Shown piece after piece: positions 58,628 to 64,000 of a stretch of DNA of 64,000 bases. Position numbers and translations under genes: made by a program. The notes below the pieces were generated by a model that was not told the origin of the DNA, searched no databases, and saw only the letters and a program-made list of their open reading frames with translations. How positions within the stretch are numbered: the stretch's first letter is position 1; the number at the start of each line of letters is the position of its first letter. This DNA comes from an uncultured bacterium. GTDB lineage: Bacteria; Chloroflexota; UBA5177; JANWHV01. The DNA is taken from assembly GCA_963827235.1 (NCBI GenBank), contig CAWHAE010000016.1, positions 32,001 through 96,000 on the forward strand, written 5' to 3'.

Positions 58628-60994
58628 ATGCAGGCCGCCCGGCGCGCGTTATGCTACGGCGGCGGGCTGACTGCGCTGGTGAGCGGCGCATTCCTCCTGT
58701 TCCTGATCGCCAGGCCCGGGGACGCCACTGCTCTCACGGCGGGCGATGACTGGGGTACCGTCGCCTGTGATTTGGTGAGCCTAGTCTTCTGCGTTTTCGG
58801 ACTGTGGAGCATCGCCCATCCGCCCGGCGCCGGCGAAGGACCTGCGCGGCGATGCTCCCGCCTGTGGGTGTCGGGCCTGATCAGCGCAGCGGTGCTGAGC
58901 GCCACTGCCGGCGACGGCATCGCAGCCATCTATCAGGTGAACCTCGGCCACGCGCTGCCCTCGCCATCCTGGGTGGATGGATTCTATATCATTATGGGTC
59001 CGCTCCTGTTCGCGGGCATTGCCCAGCAGGCACGGCAGCGCGGATCGCCGTTTACGAAGCCTCGCGCGCTGGTGGATGCCTGTATGGTCATCGCCACCGC
59101 GGCGTGCTTCAGCTGGTATTTCGTGGTAGGACCGACGATAGTCGAGAGCAAAACCGCGCTGTTGGCCAATCTCGTGGACGCGGCGTATCCGGCCGGCGAC
59201 CTCTTCCTGATACTGTGTCTGGTTCTGCTGGCAGTCGGACAGGAAGGGGCGGCCACGCGACTCGCGAGTCTGGCGCTCGGGCTTGGGCTCGGCGTGGAGC
59301 TGGCAACGAACCGCGCATACGTCTATCTGTCCCTGCACGGTGGTTACACCGCGGGCCACGTGCTGGATGCGGGCTGGCCGCTCGGCTATCTGCTTATTGG
59401 GCTCAGCGTGTGGCTCGGCGCTGTCTCGCCGGAGCGCCCGCCACAAGGGGAGCGCACTGGCATCGCGGCGGTGCGCGGCGGACTGCTGCCGTCCTTGCTG
59501 GTCTACGCGCAACTCCCGGCCGTGGTAGTGCTGCTGGCGGCAGTCGGGCGCACCCGGCCGGCGCCCGGTATCGAAACCGGCGTCGACGTAGGTGCCATCC
59601 TGGTGGTGTGCTTGGCGGTGGCGCGCCACGTGCTCACGTGGTTCGAGGCCAGAGACGGCGCACACTGGATCGAGACTGCGGCGACGACGGATGCCCTCAC
59701 CGGTTTGCCCAACCGGGCGCGGCTGGGCGAGCAGCTCACCAGGGCGTTGCACGCGGGCAGCATCGCGGGTACACCCGTGGCACTGTTGCTACTCGACCTC
59801 GACCGCTTCAAAGAGATCAACGATTCGCTCGGCCATCACTACGGCGATCTGCTGCTGCAGCAGGTGGGAACCCGGCTGCGCGAGACATTGCGCGCCGACG
59901 ACTTCATCGGCCGGCTGGGCGGCGACGAGTTTGCCGCGATCCTCCCGCGGACCGCGGCGGCTGGGGCGGTCACGGTCTGCCGGTCGCTCGTACGGGCGCT
60001 GCAGGCGCCCTTCGTGGTCGAGGGCAAGACCGTAGGGTTGGGCGTCAGCATCGGCGCGGCCCTTGCGCCGGAGCATGGCACCGGCGCCGTGGAGCTGCTC
60101 AAGCACGCCGATGCGGCGATGTACCTCGCCAAGCGCGGGAATAGCGGACACGCTGTCTACGATCCGCTGCGCGACGAGCGCAGCGCGCCGTGCCTGACGA
60201 TGGTGGCTGAGCTGCGCCGGGGCATCGCGGAGGGAGAGCTGGAGCTCCACTATCAGCCCCAGGCCGACCTGCGCGATCGGCACGTCTATGGCGTGGAAGC
60301 GCTCGTGCACTGGAACCACCCGACGCGCGGACTGCTGCCGCCGGATGCCTTCATTCCGCTGGCGGAGCGCACCGGCGTCATCCTGCCGCTGACGACCTGG
60401 GTCCTGGACCAGGCGCTGGCGCAATGCCGCCGCTGGCTGGATAGAGGCCGCGACCTTGAGATTTCGGTCAATGTGTCGCTGCGCAATCTGCGGGATCCGA
60501 GCCTGTGCCAGACGGTGGAGACACTGCTGGCCCGCTATCGCGTGCCGGCTGAGCGCCTCTGCCTGGAGTTGACCGAAAGCACGGTCATGGCGGACATCGA
60601 GCTCTCCCAGGCCACGCTGCAGCAGTTGTGCGCCCTGGGCGTCCGCATCAGCATCGACGCTTTCGGCACCGGCTATTCGAGCCTCTCGCACCTCGCCCGT
60701 CTGCCGGTCAGCGAACTGAAGATCGATCGCTCGTTTGCGCAACGGGTGGCGGCAGACGAGAGCAACGCCACGATCATCGCCTCGACCATTGGACTCGGGC
60801 GCTCTCTCGGATTACGCATTGTGACCAAAGGCGTGGAGACGCGAGACGCGTGGGATCTGCTGGGCACGCTGGATTGCGACGCTGCGCAGGGGGTGTTCTT
60901 CGCGAACGCGCTCTCGGCAGAAGATCTGGAGGCATGGATGGATGGACAGGGGCAGGAGGGGACCCTGGCGGAAGAGCTGGGCGCCAGGCTATAG
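58628..60994 (+). CDS. Membrane-bound GGDEF-EAL protein (diguanylate cyclase; EAL domain degenerate)
   Basis: About 9 N-terminal TMs; DALTGLPNR, DLDRFKEINDSLGH, RADD-x5-GGDEF; EAL present but DAFGTG and TKGVE. Confidence 0.92.
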   Translation: MQAARRALCYGGGLTALVSGAFLLFLIARPGDATALTAGDDWGTVACDLVSLVFCVFGLWSIAHPPGAGEGPARRCSRLWVSGLISAAVLSATAGDGIAAIYQVNLGHALPSPSWVDGFYIIMGPLLFAGIAQQARQRGSPFTKPRALVDACMVIATAACFSWYFVVGPTIVESKTALLANLVDAAYPAGDLFLILCLVLLAVGQEGAATRLASLALGLGLGVELATNRAYVYLSLHGGYTAGHVLDAGWPLGYLLIGLSVWLGAVSPERPPQGERTGIAAVRGGLLPSLLVYAQLPAVVVLLAAVGRTRPAPGIETGVDVGAILVVCLAVARHVLTWFEARDGAHWIETAATTDALTGLPNRARLGEQLTRALHAGSIAGTPVALLLLDLDRFKEINDSLGHHYGDLLLQQVGTRLRETLRADDFIGRLGGDEFAAILPRTAAAGAVTVCRSLVRALQAPFVVEGKTVGLGVSIGAALAPEHGTGAVELLKHADAAMYLAKRGNSGHAVYDPLRDERSAPCLTMVAELRRGIAEGELELHYQPQADLRDRHVYGVEALVHWNHPTRGLLPPDAFIPLAERTGVILPLTTWVLDQALAQCRRWLDRGRDLEISVNVSLRNLRDPSLCQTVETLLARYRVPAERLCLELTESTVMADIELSQATLQQLCALGVRISIDAFGTGYSSLSHLARLPVSELKIDRSFAQRVAADESNATIIASTIGLGRSLGLRIVTKGVETRDAWDLLGTLDCDAAQGVFFANALSAEDLEAWMDGQGQEGTLAEELGARL

Positions 60995-61050
60995 TGCTTG
61001 TGGGCAGGTTCCCGAGGACGCCAGCGCTCGCGAGTGAAGGGAGAGCAGCC

Positions 61051-61161
61051 ATGTTTGCCGTTCCAGGCAGGTCGATCGACCTGCTCGACTTGTTCGCGCA
61101 CAACCCGCCGCTGGTCGCGCTGGCCTATCTACTCGCATACGTCATGAGTATGCAGCCGTAA
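61051..61161 (+). CDS. Possible 36-aa hydrophobic small protein
   Basis: AAGGGAG RBS, ATG, MFAVPGRSIDLLDLFAHNPPLVALAYLLAYVMSMQP. Confidence 0.35.
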   Translation: MFAVPGRSIDLLDLFAHNPPLVALAYLLAYVMSMQP

Positions 61162-61276
61162 GTGGGCCGCTCCTGCACAGGATACGGCCGTCTCCAGCCG
61201 AGATTCCGGAGATGGTGCTCGGGCTGCACGCCTCCCGGGTAGGGCGCCGATATCGCCAGGGCTCCGGCGCGCAGCA

Positions 61277-61636
61277 TCAGCGTTCGGGCGACGCGGAACG
61301 CGGTGGCGCCCGGCTCGATCCGTCCCGGCGGAGGATGCCGCAAGGGAGTTTGCCCCCGGCAGGGCACGAAGCGCCGACCTGCTTCGCCGCTCCGGCACGA
61401 TCGCGGCCGGCACGATCGCAGGCGCGGAAGATCGTGCTCATCGCAGACCGGTGCGCGACCCGCTCAACCTCGTAGCGTCCGACGAGCAGCCTACCGGGAG
61501 CCAGCTCATCGCCGGCACCGCGACAGGCGCACTGTATGCCGACCGGACACGGGGTTTCGGGCATAAGGTGCAGACCGCAGATGCTGCAGGGTGTGGCTAT
61601 CGCACGCACGCCGGTCGTGTTTGGCGTCGTCATCAC
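61277..61636 (-). pseudogene. Remnant of a Ser/Thr protein kinase N-terminus
   Basis: CSICG...C then LAPGRLLVGRYEVERVAHRSAMSTIFRACD (subdomain I-like); no further kinase subdomains. Confidence 0.5.
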
Positions 61637-61854
61637 CGACCACTCTGGTACATCCGTCGCCGCGACGGCACTGGAGCGGGATGCGCCCGTCGAACTGCGA
61701 CCAGAGGCGGATGCCCAGCAGGGCTCGAACGGGAACCTGCCAATGGGCCGAGGCGTAGAAGGCTCCTACAGACTACTCATTGCGGGCGGCGCAGTCTAGA
61801 CGCACAATAGTGCCATATGGCCAGATTATTAGCGCTCCGAATGGGAGGCCACCC

Positions 61855-64000
61855 GTGAAAATCGTGCCTGAGCGACGCTTACGCATCCGCAGATCTCTCT
61901 CGCTGCTCGCCGCGGCGCTCCTAGCAGTATCGTGGCCGGCGCCGGCCGCGGTGACCGGCGTCCATGCCGGTCCCGCGCACATACAGTACGTCGACGGCGA
62001 GATCCTGATCGTCAACTACACCGGGCCAGCCTACGTCTACTTTGGCGGTCAGCGACACCTGATCGAGGACAAGGCCGACTGGGTACCGCTGGGCTATCTG
62101 AGCAAGAACTTCGCGTACGTGAACGATACGGACGTCAGCGGGATCGTGTCCGGTGCACCGGTGCAACTGCAGACAGTGGGCAGTGGGCTGGTCTATCCCC
62201 TGGCACCCATTGCGTGCTCGCCAATCACGTTCACACTGGGCCAAGCAAGCATTTCTACAGGACAGGATCTCGCGCTGTCGGGCAGAGGGTTCTCGGCCGG
62301 TGAGACCGTCAATCTCGAGTTCGGCGGCACTACACAACCCGTGGGCGCCGATGCAAACGGCGCGTTCTCGGCACTGATCTCTGTACCCAGCACCATGGCC
62401 CAGGGTCTGCAGCCGGTCTTCGCCCAAGGTGCTACCAGTCACTCGTTCGGCATGGAGTTCGTACACGTCACTCCGGCGATGTCGACCCTGGTGACCGCCG
62501 TACCCGCACAGGCCGCGCCGGGTAGCACGATCGCCGTGAGCGGCTCCGGATTCGCGGCCAACGAGACTGTAGACGTCTTCCTCTCTACCTCGGCAGCCGC
62601 CGAGACGACAGCAGGGGCCCAAGGCACGTTCGGCCCGGTCAGCCTACCGGTCTCGTCCAGCCTGGCCACGGGAACCTATCCTCTGGTAGCCTACGGAAAG
62701 TCCAGTACCGGCTCCGCAGTGACGCAAGTTGTCGTCTCGCCGGCCGTCCCCACTCCCTTGCCGGTAACGGTCGCGGTAGTCCCGGGCACGGTTCAGGCCG
62801 GCAACAGCATCGTGCTCAGTGGCTCCGGCTTCTCGCCGAACGAGAAGCTGACTATTCAGCTCGGCACGACCACCATCTTCACCACGGCCGCGGACTTGAG
62901 CGGGAACTTCAGCGGACTCTCATACGCCATCCCAGTGACCATGGCCGCCGGCACGTACCCGGTGACCGTCTACGGCGCGACCTCCAGCCGAATGGCCAGC
63001 GCGAGCCTGACCGTGACCACCGGCGCGATCGCCGCCATCGCGGCCGTTCCGCAGAGCGCGCGACCCGGCGATTCGGTTGTGATTACCGGCACGGGGTTCC
63101 TGGCAAACGAGAACGTGGCAGTGAGTCTGGGAAGCTCGGTCGTCGCGCACGCCACGGCAGATGCCGGCGGCACATTCAGAAGCGGGCCGTTTGCCGTTCC
63201 CGAGCTTGCAGCGGGCGACTACACGCTGAAGGCAACCGGCGCGGGCAGCGGGCGAACGGCAACCGCTACCCTGATCGTGCTCACCGCTCCACACGCCACG
63301 GTGCAACCCAACAGTGTGGAGCAGGGAAAGGACGCCACTCTGGCGGGAGTCGGATTCGACGCCGGGGAAACGATACAGGTGAAGGAAGGCAGCGTCGTGC
63401 TGACCACGGTCACAGCCGATGCCAACGGCGGCTTCTCCGTCAGCATCGGTGCCAAGCTGAAGGTCGGCCGACACGTGTTGACGGTTGCCGGCACTGCCAG
63501 CGGGCGCAGTGCGCAGGCCGCGCTCACCGTATCGGCCACTGTGGCGGCGAAGCTTACGCTCAGCAGCGCTACGTCACCTTCGGGCGGCACGATCACGGCC
63601 TCCGGCGACCATTTTCAGGCGGGTGAAGCCGTGAGCATTCGCCTGGCCGGCAGCCTGCTGCTGACCACCCGCGCAAACGCCAAGGGCCAGTTCAGCCGCG
63701 TCGCGGTGCATCTGCCACGCGCTCTCCGCGCCGGTCGCTATTATATCGGAGCAACCGGGAATACCAGCAAGCGGTCTGCCACTGCCGCGATACAGATCGA
63801 GTCGGCCCAGGCAACGGGAATCGCGTTGTCGACGGGCCGGGTACGAGCAGGGCAAACCGTGGTCGTGTCCGGGCGTGGTTTCGGCACATCGGAGATCGTG
63901 CTGGTCAGCCTGCGCGGCGCGGTGCTGACCGCGGTGATGTCCAGCGCGCAAGGTAGCTTCCAGGAGACCATCACCGTGCCGGCGCACGCTCCGCTCGGTT
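61855..64000 (+). CDS. Large secreted protein with tandem Ig-like (IPT/TIG-like) repeats, partial
   Basis: GGGAGG RBS, GTG 61855, signal peptide, ~90-aa repeats G..v.vSG.GF...E.V.......aD..G.F; open to the window end, so absent from the ORF track. Confidence 0.85.
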   Translation, partial: MKIVPERRLRIRRSLSLLAAALLAVSWPAPAAVTGVHAGPAHIQYVDGEILIVNYTGPAYVYFGGQRHLIEDKADWVPLGYLSKNFAYVNDTDVSGIVSGAPVQLQTVGSGLVYPLAPIACSPITFTLGQASISTGQDLALSGRGFSAGETVNLEFGGTTQPVGADANGAFSALISVPSTMAQGLQPVFAQGATSHSFGMEFVHVTPAMSTLVTAVPAQAAPGSTIAVSGSGFAANETVDVFLSTSAAAETTAGAQGTFGPVSLPVSSSLATGTYPLVAYGKSSTGSAVTQVVVSPAVPTPLPVTVAVVPGTVQAGNSIVLSGSGFSPNEKLTIQLGTTTIFTTAADLSGNFSGLSYAIPVTMAAGTYPVTVYGATSSRMASASLTVTTGAIAAIAAVPQSARPGDSVVITGTGFLANENVAVSLGSSVVAHATADAGGTFRSGPFAVPELAAGDYTLKATGAGSGRTATATLIVLTAPHATVQPNSVEQGKDATLAGVGFDAGETIQVKEGSVVLTTVTADANGGFSVSIGAKLKVGRHVLTVAGTASGRSAQAALTVSATVAAKLTLSSATSPSGGTITASGDHFQAGEAVSIRLAGSLLLTTRANAKGQFSRVAVHLPRALRAGRYYIGATGNTSKRSATAAIQIESAQATGIALSTGRVRAGQTVVVSGRGFGTSEIVLVSLRGAVLTAVMSSAQGSFQETITVPAHAPLG

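Overview
High-GC bacterial chromosome segment, probably from a monoderm soil lineage such as Chloroflexota (inferred from gene content and a Gram-positive-type LexA box; not provable from this window). Left part: housekeeping and envelope genes (PadR, CvpA, glmU-prs-CNNM, FapA-PilZ, PyrK-like, MMPL/TetR) and a surface-polysaccharide cluster (GT39-like, galM, two GT2, a frameshifted flippase, GH26, rfbF-PIG-L-epimerase). Middle: a redox/iron block (hemerythrin and a siroheme nitrite/sulfite reductase, each behind a CRP/FNR box at -41.5; ferritin-like-VIT1), patatin, trxA, HDOD/CheC, EamA, cfa, and a tightly linked gene pair, TIR-STAND-TM-WD40 plus SLOG-tandem SLATT. This pair is the best candidate for an undescribed system: an NLR-triggered, Thoeris-like nucleotide-signalling defence module. 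Right part: M23 peptidase with a long Thr/Pro linker, MscS, a hydrolase, tRNA-Arg(TCT) and tRNA-His(GTG), then a variable region with a LexA-boxed frameshifted gene, a NERD nuclease, mosaic gene fragments and pseudogenes, a sigma-28-type promoter before a GGDEF/degenerate-EAL gene, and a large Ig-repeat secreted protein running off the end. No CRISPR array, rRNA, integrase or transposase was seen. All calls come from reading motifs by eye; no searches were run.
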